Positions 23,050-35,759 of a stretch of 64,000 bases of DNA are shown here, in pieces. The stretch covers positions 3,596,001 to 3,660,000 of the forward strand of contig CATNEN010000003.1 of NCBI GenBank assembly GCA_950097015.1. Reading direction: 5' to 3'. How positions within the stretch are numbered: the first letter of the stretch is position 1; each line of letters starts with the position of its first letter. The notes beneath the pieces were generated by a model. It was not told where the DNA came from and did not search any database. It was given only the letters and a program-made list of their open reading frames with translations. The stretch comes from Macrostomum hystrix. Taxonomy: Eukaryota > Animalia > Platyhelminthes. The position numbers and the translations under genes were made by a program.

Positions 23050-26000
23050 ATGTCTACTAGGTCAGCGGTTGACTACACTGTCCACAGACATGTGCTAAAC
23101 TATGCTGACTTCAATTCTGCTCACGGTGAAGAGATTCGTCATAATAAACCGTTGTCAAGCGTTGCTAAGCAGGCGCTGATAAAGCATTGTATACCTGATA
23201 AACCAAAGCTTGAGCTAATTATACCATTTGTTGGCCTGTTGCGCAATGGTCAGTACAAGGCATCTGACCTGATCAGTGACGTCATCGCCGGTCTAACAAT
23301 GTGCGTGTTTCACATACCACAGGGCTTAGCCTACGGCCTATTGGCTGGCCTAAAACCGGTCAACGGACTGTACACATCGCTGATTCCCGTGTTCATCTTT
23401 GCCATATTTGGTCGCTCTCGTCACCTGTCGATTGGGACATTCGCTGTGATGTCTCTGCTATTGTTGGACATGGTTGAGGATAATTACGGTGGCTATTTAG
23501 AGAGAATGCGAGCAGCTAACATTAGCGGCACATCGTTTGGTGTGAACTACACCGAAACTCAATCTCAATATGCCAGGCTGCAAACGGCCATTGTAGGCAG
23601 TTTTGCAGCTTCCGTCATCACCTTGTTCATTGGCCTGCTGCGCCTTGGCTTCTTCATGAGATACGTGTCGGATTCCATGCTGAAGGGCTTCACAACTGCT
23701 GCTGGCGTGCATGTTCTGATGAGTCAGCTGCCGCTGGTGCTAGGAATTAGGGTGCCGAGGACTTCCAGCAGGTTCAAGATTATCGGGGTGAGTGTACTGG
23801 GCCTGTCTTATAGCGGGTCTGTCTAACAGGTATTGTCTATGTCTAACAGGTAGAGTGTCTGTCTAACAGGTAGAGTGTCTGTCTAACAGGTATTGTCTCT
23901 GTCTAACAGGTAGAGTGTCTGTCCAACAGGTAGAGTGTCTGTCCAACAGGTAGAGTGTCTGACTAGTAGTTTATGGGTCAGTCTAACAGGTATTGGGTCT
24001 GTCTAACATGTAATCGGTCTATCTAACAGATAGAGTGTCGGTCTAACAGGTAAAGTGTCTGTCTAAACAGGTAGAGTGTCTGTCTAACAGGTATTGTCTC
24101 TGTCTAACAGGTAGAGTGTCTGTCTAACAGGTAGAGTGTCTGTCTAACAGGTAGAGTGTCTGTCTAACAGGTAGAGTGTCTGTCTAACAGGTATTGGGTC
24201 TGTCTAACATGTAATCGGTCTATCTAACAGATAGAGTGTCGGTCTAACAGGTAAAGTGTCTGTCTAAACAGGTAGAGTGTCTGTCTAACAGGTAAAGTGT
24301 CTGTCTAACAGGTAGAGTGTCTGTCTAACATGTAGAGTGTCTGTCTAACAGGTAGAGTGTCTGTCTAACAGGTATTGTCTCTGTCTAACAGGTATTGTCT
24401 CTGTCTAACATGTAGAGTGTCTGTCTAACAGGTAGAGTGTCTGTCTAAACAGGTAGAGTGTCTGTCTAAACAGGTAGAGTGTCGGTCTAACAGGTAAAGT
24501 GTCTCTCTAACATGTAATGGCTCTGTCTAACAGGTAATGGTCAGTCTAACAGATTCCATCCAATCTATGCTCAACTGTGCTCAAATTCCAGACATTAATC
24601 AACGTATTCAAAGCGATTCACAACACCAACTTTGTGACCTTGGGTCTATCAGCCGCTTGCTGTGTCAGTCTCTACCTTGTTCGCGAATTTGTCAATCCCA
24701 GAGTCAAGAAGAAGATTCGTCTGCCATTGCCAATCGAGCTAATTATCATAATTGTCACCTTATTGATTTCCTATTTCGCCGATCTAAACACCAATTACAA
24801 TGTGATAGTCGTTGGCGATGTACCCCGTGGTCTTCCGGCTCCCCTTGTTCCAGATTTTGGATTCCTACCGACCATGTTCCCGTCGGCTATTCCTGTGGGC
24901 ATTGTTGGCGGTGTGATCACAATGTCCCTGGCCAAGCTTTATTGCCTGCAGTTTCAGTACAGCTACGATTTTAACGAAGATTTTGCAATCCTGGGCGTCA
25001 GCAGTCTGACTTCCAGCTTCTTTCAGTGCTTCTTCCCGTGTGCTGCTTTGGCAAGGAACTCCGTTGTGGTTTCCGTGAGTGACTTTGGCTGTCTTTGGCT
25101 CGTCATGAGGAATTGAACCTCCTGAATAACCACTTCCAGCACCTCTCTCTCTTCTCGTCTCAACCATGTCTTATCTCTCCCGTGTCTCATCTCTCCCGTG
25201 TATCATCTCTCACGTGTCTCATCTCTCCCGTGTGTCATCTCTCCCGTGTGTCATCTCTCCCGTGTCTCATCTCTCCCGTGTCTCATCTCTCCCGTGTCTC
25301 ATCTCTCCCGTGTCTCATCTCTCCCGTGTGCCATCTCTCCCGTGTCTCATCTCTCCCGTGTCTATTCTCTCCCGTGTCTCTTCTCTCCCGTGTCTCTTCT
25401 CTCCCGTGTCTCTTCTCTCCCGTGTGTCATCTCTCCCGTGTCTCATCTCTCCCGTGTCTCATCTCTCCCATGTCTCATCTCTCCCGTGTGTCATCTCTCC
25501 CGTGTGTCATCTCTCCCGTGTGTCATCTCTCTCGTGTCTCATCTCTCCCGTGTCTCATCTCTCCCGTGTCTCATCTCTCCCGTGTCTCATCTCTCCCGTG
25601 TGTCATCTCTCCCGTGTCTCATCTCTCCCGTGTGTCATCTCTCCCGTGTGTCATCTCTCCCGTGTCTCATCTCTCCCGTGTCTCATCTCTCCCGTGTCTC
25701 ATCTCTCCCGAGTCTTATCTCTCCCGTGTCTCATCTCTCCCGTGTCTCATCTCTCCCGTGTCTCATCTCTCCCGTGTCTCATCTCTCCCGTGTCTCATCT
25801 CAGCCGTGTCTCATCTCTCCCGTGTCTCATCACTCCCGTGTGTCATCTCTCCCGTGTCTCATCTCTCCCGTGTCTCATCTCTCCCGTGTGTCATCTCTCC
25901 CGTGTCTCATCTCTCCCGTGTCTCATCTCTCCCGTGTCTAATTTAACTTATAAACAAACCTCACAATTCAGGTAGGCATGAAGAGTCAAGTAGCCAGTCT

Positions 26001-27955
26001 GGTCAGCTGTGGCTGCATGGTACTGGTTCTACTAGCTGTTGGTCCACTGTTCTACTCCGTACCAACATGTGCTCTTGGCTCCATCATCCTAGTCTCCCTG
26101 CTCGGTGTGCTCACCCAGGTCTCCGAGCTGCCGCAGATCTGGCGAGTGTCTCGCATTGATTTCAGCGTGTGGCTGGTGTCAGCTCTGTCCGTTCTCATCC
26201 TGGATGTCACCCTAGGCCTGGCCATTGGTCTGGGCTTCACACTGTTCTCAGTGATTCTGCGAACACAGTCGCCAAGGATTGCCATTCTGGGACGCATTGA
26301 AGACACGGACATCTACAGGAATGTGAAAGTCTACAGTGCCGCTACTGAAGTTCCTGGACTGAAAATTGTCCGCTTCGATGCGCCATTGAACTTTGCCAAT
26401 GCTGAACGATTTCGAGACTTTCTGCTCCATCTGGCTGATGGAATGCAGTCTGACAAGCCGACTGCTAATGCTGCTGCTGCTGCTGCTGCTTCTGAGCAGC
26501 CTGTACACACCATTGTGCTGGACTGTTCATCCTGGATCTACGCTGATATGGTTGGCGTGCGAACTGTTAAAGAGGTGCGAAGATAAGTTATAGTCATCTA
26601 GTCATTCAGTCATTCAGTCAGTCAGTCATTCAGTCATTCAGTCATTCAGTCATTCAGTCATTCAGTGATTCAGTCATTTAGTCATTCAGTCATTCAGTCA
26701 TTCAGTCATTTAGTCATTCAGTCATTCAGTCATTCAGTCATTCAGTCATTTAGTCATTCAGTCATTCAGTCATTCAGTCATTCAGTCATTCAGTCATTCA
26801 GTCATTCAGTCATTCAGTCAGTCAGTCATTCAGTCAGTCATTCAGTCAGTCATTCAGTCAGTCATTCAGTCAGTCATTCAGTCAGTCATTCAGTCAGTCA
26901 TTCAGTCAGTCATTCAGTCAGTCATTCAGTCAGTCATTCAGTCAGTCATTCAGTCAGTCAGTCATTCAGTCAGTCATTCAGTCAGTCATTCAGTCATTCA
27001 GTCATTCAGTCAGTCATTCAGTCATTCAGTCATTCAGTCAGTCATTCAGTCAGTCATTCAGTCATTCAGTCATTCAGTCATTCAGTCAGTCAGTCATTCA
27101 GTCAGTCATTCAGTCATTCAGTCATTCAGTCAGTCAGTCATTCAGTCAGTCATTCAGTCATTTAGTCATTCAGTCAGTCAGACATTCAGTCATTTAGTCA
27201 TTCAGTCAGTCATTCAGTCATTCAGTCAGTCATTCAGTCATTCAGTCATTCAGTCATTCAGTCAGTCATTCAGTCATTCAGTCATTCAGTCATTCAGTCA
27301 TTCAGTCAGTCATTCAGTCAGTCATTCAGTCATTCAGTCAGTCAGTCATTCAGTCATTCAGTCATTCAGTCAGTCATTCAGTCATTCAGTCATTCAGTCA
27401 TTCAGTCATTCAGTCAGTCATTCAGTCATTCAGTCATTCAGTCATTCAGTCATTCAGTCATTCAGTCAGTCATTCAGTCATTCAGTCATTCAGTCATTCA
27501 GTCAGTCAGTCATTCCGTCATTCAGTCATTCAGTCAGTCAGTCATTCAGTCATTCAGTCAGTCATTCAGTCAGTAGTTGGTCTACCCGTGCTAAACATGA
27601 ACACTGCAAATCCATAGCGAATGTTCACATGTCCTTCCAGACCTACTTTGCCCTCATTGGTCGCAATTATCGCATTCTGTTTGCGAGCTGCAAAGAATCT
27701 GTCAGGCTGCATTTCTTCCGCGGAGACTTCTTCAAAGATGTGGACAAGTCTCTGTTCTATCTAACCCTTCACGATGCGGTGCTGTTCGCCGTCAATGTGC
27801 CGCCACAGCTGGTCAACGACCAGGACAAGCACGATGGCAACAAACCGATTTTGATGTCAAACGACAACAAAGAAGAAACCAGTGATGGCGTTTCTGCTGT
27901 TGAACGTGCTGAAATCCAGGCTGCTGATTCGGAGGCTAAAGTTGCACTCATTTAA
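23050..27955 (+). CDS. SLC26/SulP (prestin/pendrin-like) anion transporter, copy A1; exons 23050-23787, 24592-25074, 25972-26574, 27641-27955 (712 aa)
   Basis: DVIAGLT...IPQGLAYGLLA...GLYTS, GRSRHLSIGTF signature; STAS motifs (IVRFDAPLNFAN, IVLDCSS, YLTLHDAV); three phase-0 GT-AG introns. Confidence 0.95.
23813..24552. repeat. 20-bp minisatellite (gtctaacaggtagagtgtct)n in A1 intron 1; also 31018-32741 and 38821-39298
   Basis: Tandem periodicity; array length differs among gene copies. Confidence 0.95.
25155..25939. repeat. 16-bp minisatellite (cgtgtctcatctctcc)n in A1 intron 2; also ~33345-33743 and ~39902-40812
   Basis: Tandem periodicity 16. Confidence 0.95.
26592..27574. repeat. (cagtcatt/cagt)n microsatellite in A1 intron 3; also ~34403-35373 and ~41471-41781
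   Basis: 4/8-bp periodicity. Confidence 0.95.
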
Positions 27956-28789
27956 ATCTGTACTTATATGATGACAATGCACTTACTAGCTATCAATAGA
28001 TTTTATTGAAATTGTTTACGATTCATTTTTATGTTGTAGTGGATCAAGCAAATTTTATTAGCTAAATTATAGTTTAATCTAGTTGAATTTGACATTTTTG
28101 TGTTTATTCTGCATGAATGAAAGTTGTTTAGATTCCAAAGAGTAAAGACTTGTGTACTTGTGAATTCTTAGTCAAATACATTATGCTGTCATCGATTATA
28201 GCTTTTAATGGATTTCAGGATTTTACTACGCAAATGTACATAGTAAATGATTTTAGTTCGGTTTTCTTGACCAAAACGTCTATGGCTGGAGTAGCAACGG
28301 ATTGGGCCGTGAGCCAGTCGTACTTTTAATTGTTTTGTTTCCTTTTTGTGAAAGCCTCTCGGCTAGTTGGGTCGGGATCTGGGCTTGGGAGGCACGCCCA
28401 ACCCTTCCTCCGCATTGCCCGCTGCGTGTGGGGGGGCTCAAACCCTCTTGCCATTTTCTGTCTGATGTTTTTCATTGGTTACGCCTCGATTTAGTCGCCT
28501 CTGGTGTGCCAAAGCCGCACCCACCCCACGTCACGCGGGTCCATGCTGGTCTGGCTCAGGCGGGACTGGAGGGCCTGGCCCTTAAGTGGCGAAAAGTCAT
28601 TATTCGATTTGTCAGTGTGAATGCCCTTTCTCATCGCGTTGATTTATCGAGAGTCCAGTACGTCTGAGCGACAAACATGAATTCCTCAACTGCGCTCAGC
28701 AACGGAACCAGAGCATCGACGCATGGCTCAGTTGATTGCACACTATAGGCTGCTGAGAGCTGCGAAATTGCTGATCTTCATGACTCCTT

Positions 28790-29049
28790 GATCAGAGACA
28801 CAGAGGCACACTCACAGGTGTGTGCTCAGGTGTGTGTGTATATCTGCCCCAAGTTTCAAATCGTCAGGCGGTGTACACTCTCCATGTGCCTTGAAGGCTG
28901 GCCCCCAAGGGCGTAAATTGCACGAAAAGCCCCCAAGCCTTCTCTCTCTGCGGCGGCGCTCCAAATAAATGTGGCCTCGCCGCGGAATCGAACTCAGGGA
29001 CCTTGGCGCGAGACGCAAACGCTTTAATTGTTCTGCCAATGACGCCCCC
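28790..29049 (-). mobile_element. SINE family A, diverged copy; duplicated at ~36593-36852
   Basis: Reverse complement of tRNA head and body of 3493 element. Confidence 0.8.
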
Positions 29050-29564
29050 ATCAAGGGGCATCGCTACTGCTCTCCGATTCCTAGTAAGCAATTCTGAGCG
29101 ATCATGCATTACTTCGCTGTCATGAAGAGTCACTACTTGTCACTGCACGGCAGCATAGGAATCTATTTATTCATGAAGAAGGCGTGACCAATAGATTTTA
29201 TCAAGCATTGCGGCTGGTCAGGAGAAGCTACTCGAAGTCAAAGCGCGGAGACGGGAATCGCAGAGTTCGATTCTTTGGCCTCATCCAGGGCATCCACGGA
29301 TCTCATTTTGGCAAGATCTGTTGCAACATCCTGCTGGCATGATGACGGTTCGAGTCCTGAATGCGTCTGGCGGACAGTTGTCACTAAAACGCGGTACACA
29401 GGTTGGGGTTGTCTTCGACTGCCGCCCAGCAACCGGCACTCACAATAGTGCCAGTGTGGCCCGAATGAGAGTCAGATTGTTCGTGAACCCCCAGTGTGGT
29501 TACCGTATCACTGGAAGGTCGAGGTGGATAAGCCAGCTGACTACCTATTAATCATTTGAGACAT

Positions 29565-29791
29565 CGACGCCGATGCGATTGACAGAACCACCTCCGACAC
29601 TTTGACAAAAGTCTGCTGTCTGCTGGCCAGGAGGCGAGCGACCAGAGTGCAGATCAGCGAGCAGCAGAATCCGACTGCCAAGCCCAGCGACACGTCCAGG
29701 ACGAGAACGCCCGCGGCGTTGAGCTGTCAGACGCTGAGATCTGCGAGCCGCGACTCGCGCCACAGTTTCGGCACGTCGGTGCAAATAGTCC
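29565..29791 (-). pseudogene. Fragment of the 3' end of intronless SLC26 gene B
   Basis: Aligns to ~44155-44385; reads TDVPKLWRESRLADLSV* with TGG>TGA stop. Confidence 0.88.
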
Positions 29792-30260
29792 TTTATGCTG
29801 CATATACAGTTCAGGCTTATGAATAATTAATGATTTTAGCGCTCTAACCAAGAAAGTTTTTATCGACTTGCCTCGTGGAAGTGTTGGTGGACTGAAAACA
29901 GGTTTTAGCCATGTTTGCATTGCTTACAATATTGCTGAATATTGTACAGTGTTTCCAATTCTTGAATTCCGACTTCGTACAAAACTCTACCAATGGGGTT
30001 GTCTTTAAGCCACATACGACTTATAATGGAGTGACTCTGAATTCTAGTGATTCCACTGGTATACTACAAAACAATCTATACTCTACTCTGCTTATGATTT
30101 CCAAACGCACACACATGAATTCAGTGGCAAATAGTCGTATGTCTTTCTTGTGCTCTAAATAACCAGATCAAGCCTGGCTCGCAATTGTTAAGAATCATAA
30201 GCAGGAGAGAGGAAACACACGGCAGATAAGTTTTCCCTATTCAATATTATACTGTTAGAC

Positions 30261-33200
30261 ATGTCTACTAGGTCAGCGGTTGACTACACTGTCCACAGAC
30301 ATGTGCTAAACTATGCTGACTTCAATTCTGCTCACGGTGAAGAGATTCGTCATAATAAACCGTTGTCAAGCGTTGCTAAGCAGGCGCTGATAAAGCATTG
30401 TATACCTGATAAACCAAAGTTTGAGCTAATTATACCATTTGTTGGCCTGTTGCGCAATGGTCAGTACAAGGCATCTGACCTGATCAGTGACGTCATCGCC
30501 GGTCTAACAATGTGCGTGTTTCACATACCACAGGGCTTAGCCTACGGCCTATTGGCTGGCCTAAAACCGGTCAACGGACTGTACACATCGCTGATTCCCG
30601 TGTTCATCTTTGCCATATTTGGTCGCTCTCGTCACCTGTCGATTGGGACATTCGCTGTGATGTCTCTGCTATTGTTGGACATGGTTGAGGATAATTACGG
30701 TGGTTATTTAGAGAGAATGCGAGCAGCTAACATTAGCGGCACATCGTTTGGTGTGAACTACACCGAAACTCAATATGCCAGGCTGCAAACGGCCATTGTA
30801 GGCAGTTTTGCAGCTTCCGTCATCACCTTGTTCATTGGCCTGCTGCGCCTTGGCTTCTTCATGAGATACGTGTCGGATTCCATGCTGAAGGGCTTCACAA
30901 CTGCTGCTGGCGTGCATGTTCTGATGAGTCAGCTGCCGCTGGTGCTAGGAATTAGGGTGCCGAGGACTTCCAGCAGGTTCAAGATTATCGGGGTGAGTGT
31001 ACTGGGCCTGTCTTATAGCGGGTCTGTCTAACAGGTATTGTCTCTGTCTAACAGGTAGAGTGTCTGTCTAACAGGTATTGTCTCTGTCTAACAGGTAGAG
31101 TGTCTGTCTAACAGGTAAAGTGTCTGTCTAAACAGGTATAGTGTCTGTCTAACAGGTAGAGTGTCTGTCTAACAGGTAGAGTGTCTGTCTAACAGGTAGA
31201 GTGTCTGTCTAACAGGTAGAGTGTCTGTCTAACAGATAGAGTGTCTGTCTAACAGGTATTGTCTCTGTCTAACAGGTATTGTCTCTGTCTAACAGGTAGA
31301 GTGTCTGTCCAACAGGTAGAGTGTCTGTCCAACAGGTAGAGTGTCTGACTAGTAGTTAATGGGTCAGTCTAACAGGTAGAGTGTCTGTCTAACAGGTAGA
31401 GTGTCTGTCTAACAGGTAGAGTGTCTGTCTAACAGGTAGAGTGTCTGTCTAACAGATAAAGTGTCTGTCTAACAGGTAGAGTGTCTGTCTAAACAGTTAG
31501 AGTGTCGGTCTAACAGGTAAAGTGTCTCTCAAACATGTAGAGTGTCTGTCTAACAGGTAAAGTGTCGGTCTAACAGGTAGAGTGTCTGTCTAACAGGTAG
31601 AGTGTCTGTCTAAACAGTTAGAGTGTCGGTCTAACAGGTAAAGTGTCTCTCAAACATGTAGAGTGTCTGTCTAACAGGTAAAGTGTCTGTCTAACAGGTA
31701 GAGTGTCTGTCTAACAGGTAGAGTGTCTGTCTAACAGGTAGAGTGTCGGTCTAACAGGTAAAGTGTCTCTCAAACATGTAGAGTGTCTGTCTAACAGGTA
31801 AAGTGTCGGTCTAACAGGTAGAGTGTCTGTCTAACAGGTAGAGTGTCTGTCTAAACAGTTAGAGTGTCGGTCTAACAGGTAAAGTGTCTCTCAAACATGT
31901 AGAGTGTCTGTCTAACAGGTAAAGTGTCGGTCTAACAGGTAGAGTGTCTGTCTAACAGGTAGAGTGTCTGTCTAAACAGTTAGAGTGTCGGTCTAACAGG
32001 TAAAGTGTCTCTCAAACATGTAGAGTGTCTGTCTAACAGGTAAAGTGTCTGTCTAACAGGTAAAGTGTCTGTCTAACAGGTAGAGTGTCTGTCTAACAGG
32101 TAGAGTGTCTGTCTAACAGGTAGAGTGTCTGTCTAAACAGGTAGAGTGTCGGTCTAACAGGTAAAGTGTCTCTCTAACATGTAGAGTGTCTGTCTAACAG
32201 GTAAAGTGTCTGTCTAACAGGTATTGTCTCTGTCTAACAGTTAGAGTGTCTGTCCAACAGGTAGAGTGTCTGTCTAACAGGTAGAGTGTCTGTCCAACAG
32301 GTAGAGTGTCGGTCTAACAGGTAAAGTGTCTCTCTAACAGGTAAAGTGTCTGTCTAACAGGTAGAGTGTCTGTCTAGCAGGTAAAGTGTCTGTCTAACAG
32401 GTAGAGTGTCTGTCTAAACAGGTAGAGTGTCGGTCTAACAGGTAAAGTGTCTCTCTAACATGTAGAGTGTCTGTCTAACAGGTAAAGTGTCTGTCTAACA
32501 GGTAGAGTGTCTGTCTAACAGTTAGAGTGTCTGTCTAAACAGTTAGAGTGTCGGTCTAACAGGTAAAGTGTCTCTCAAACATGTAGAGTGTCTGTCTAAC
32601 AGGTAAAGTGTCTGTCTAACAGGTAGAGTGTCTGTCTAACAGGTAGAGTGTCTGTCTAACAGGTAGAGTGTCGGTCTAACAGGTAAAGTGTCTCTCTAAC
32701 ATGTAATGGCTCTGTCTAACAGGTAATGGTCAGTCTAACAGATTCCATCCAATCTATGCTCAACTGTGCTCAAATTCCAGACATTAATCAACGTATTCAA
32801 AGCGATTCACAACACCAACTTTGTGACCTTGGGTCTATCAGCCGCTTGCTGTGTCAGTCTCTACCTTGTTCGCGAATTTGTCAATCCCAGAGTCAAGAAG
32901 AAGATTCGTCTGCCATTGCCAATCGAGCTAATTATCATAATTGTCACCTTATTGATTTCCTATTTCGCCGATCTAAACACCAATTACAATGTGATAGTCG
33001 TTGGCGATGTACCCCGTGGTCTTCCGGCTCCCCTTGTTCCAGATTTTGGATTCCTACCGACCATGTTCCCGTCGGCTATTCCTGTGGGCATTGTTGGCGG
33101 TGTGATCACAATGTCCCTGGCCAAGCTTTATTGCCTGCAGTTTCAGTACAGCTACGATTTTAACGAAGATTTTGCAATCCTGGGCGTCAGCAGTCTGACT

Positions 33201-35759
33201 TCCAGCTTCTTTCAGTGCTTCTTCCCGTGTGCTGCTTTGGCAAGGAACTCCGTTGTGGTTTCCGTGAGTGACTTTGGCTGTCTTTGGCTCGTCATGAGGA
33301 ATTGAACCTCCTGAATAACCACTTCCAGCACCTCTCTCTCTTCTCGTCTCACCCATGTCTCATCTCTCCCGTGTCTCATCTCTCCCGTGTCTCATCTCTC
33401 CCGTGTCTCATCTCTCCCGTGTCTCATCTCTCCAGTGTATCATCTCTCACGTGTCTCATCTCTCCCGTGTCTCATCTCTCCCGTGTCTCATCACTCCCGT
33501 GTCTCATCTCTCCCGTGTCTCATCTCTCCCGTGTCTCATCTCTCCCGTGTCTCATCTCTCCCGTGTCTCATCTCTCCCGAGTCTCATCTCTCCCGTGTCT
33601 CATCTCTCCCGTGTCTCATCTCTCCCGTGTCTCATCTCTCCCGTGTCTCATCTCAGCCGTGTCTCATCTCTCCCGTGTCTCATCTCTCCCGTGTCTCATC
33701 TCTCCCGTGTCTCATCTCTCCCGTGTCTCATCTCAGCCGTGTCTAATTTAACTTATAAACAAACCTCACAATTCAGGTAGGCATGAAGAGTCAAGTAGCC
33801 AGTCTGGTCAGCTGTGGCTGCATGGTACTGGTTCTACTAGCTGTTGGTCCACTGTTCTACTCTGTGCCAACATGTGCTCTTGGCTCCATCATCCTAGTCT
33901 CCCTGCTCGGTGTGCTCACCCAGGTCTCCGAGCTGCCGCAGATCTGGCGAGTGTCTCGCATTGATTTCAGCGTGTGGCTGGTGTCAGCTCTGTCCGTTCT
34001 CATCCTGGATGTCACCCTAGGCCTGGCCATTGGTCTGGGTTTCACACTGTTCTCAGTGATTCTGCGAACACAGTCGCCAAGGATTGCCATTCTGGGACGC
34101 ATTGAAGACACGGACATCTACAGGAATGTGAAAGTCTACAGTGCCGCTACTGAAGTTCCTGGACTGAAAATTGTCCGCTTCGATGCGCCATTGAACTTTG
34201 CCAATGCTGAACGATTTCGAGACTTTCTGCTCCATCTGGCTGATGGCATGCAGTCTGACAAGCCGACTGCTGATGCTGCTGCTGCTGCTGCTGCTTCTGC
34301 TTCTGAGCAGCCTGTACACACCATTGTACTGGACTGTTCATCCTGGATCTACGCTGATATGGTTGGCGTGCGAACTGTTAAAGAGGTGCGAAGATAAGTT
34401 ATAGTCATCTAGTCATTCAGTCATTCAGTCATTCAGTCATTCAGTCATTCAGTCATCCAGTCATTCATTTAGTCATTCAGTCATTCAGTCATTTAGTCAT
34501 TCAGTCATTCAGTCATTCAGTCATTTAGTCATTCAGTCATTCAGTCATTCAGTCATTCAGTCATTTAGTCATTCAGTCATTCAGTCATTCAGTCATTCAG
34601 TCATTCAGTCATTCAGTCATTCAGTCATTCAGTCAGTCAGTCATTCAGTCAGTCATTCAGTCAGTCATTCAGTCAGTCATTCAGTCAGTCATTCAGTCAG
34701 TCATTCAGTCAGTCATTCAGTCAGTCATTCAGTCAGTCATTCAGTCAGTCATTCAGTCAGTCATTCAGTCAGTCATTCATTCAGTCATTCAGTCAGTCAG
34801 TCATTCAGTCAGTCATTCAGTCAGTCATTCAGTCATTCAGTCATTCAGTCAGTCATTCAGTCAGTCATTCAGTCATTCAGTCATTCAGTCATTCAGTCAG
34901 TCAGTCATTCAGTCAGTCATTCAGTCATTCAGTCATTCAGTCAGTCAGTCATTCAGTCAGTCATTCAGTCATTTAGTCATTCAGTCAGTCAGACATTCAG
35001 TCATTTAGTCATTCAGTCAGTCATTCAGTCATTCAGTCAGTCATTCAGTCATTCAGTCATTCAGTCATTCAGTCAGTCATTCAGTCATTCAGTCATTCAG
35101 TCATTCAGTCATTCAGTCAGTCATTCAGTCAGTCATTCAGTCATTCAGTCAGTCAGTCATTCAGTCATTCAGTCATTCAGTCAGTCATTCAGTCATTCAG
35201 TCATTCAGTCATTCAGTCATTCAGTCAGTCATTCAGTCATTCAGTCATTCAGTCATTCAGTCATTCAGTCAGTCAGTCATTCCGTCATTCAGTCATTCAG
35301 TCAGTCAGTCATTCAGTCATTCAGTCATTCAGTCATTCAGTCAGTCATTCCGTCATTCAGTCATTCAGTCAGTAGTTGGTCTACCCGTGCTAAACATGAA
35401 CCCTGCAAATCCATAGCGAATGTTCACATGCCTTGTCCTTCCAGACCTACTTTGCCCTCATTGGTCGCAATTATCGCATTCTGTTTGCGAGCTGCAAAGA
35501 ATCTGTCAGGTTGCATTTCTTCCGCGGAGACTTCTTCAAAGATGTGGACAAGTCTCTGTTCTATCTAACCCTTCACGATGCGGTGCTGTTCGCCGTCAAT
35601 GTGCCGCCACAGCTGGTCAACGACCAGGACAAGCACGATGGCAACGAAACGGTTTTGATGTCAAACGACAACAAAGAAGAAACCAGTGATGGCGTTTCCG
35701 CTGTTGAACTTGCTGAAATCCAGGCTGCTGACTCTGAGGCTAAAGTTGCACTCATTTAA
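30261..35759 (+). CDS. SLC26 anion transporter, copy A2; exons 30261-30992, 32781-33263, 33777-34385, 35445-35759
   Basis: Near-identical to A1 with same splice sites. Confidence 0.94.

Noticed and set aside
25095-25975. Long repetitive ORFs (SPVSHLSRVSSLPCLI; also 10610-11526, 26665-27165, 33284-33780, 39841-40848, 49494-50342, 6867-7639)
   Set aside because: Stop-free translations of intronic or TE minisatellites, mostly open in multiple frames
28290-28790. GC-richer spacer ORF (28302..28667) as a gene
   Set aside because: Frameshifted in the duplicate copy (36106-36470), no recognisable domain; probably TE debris
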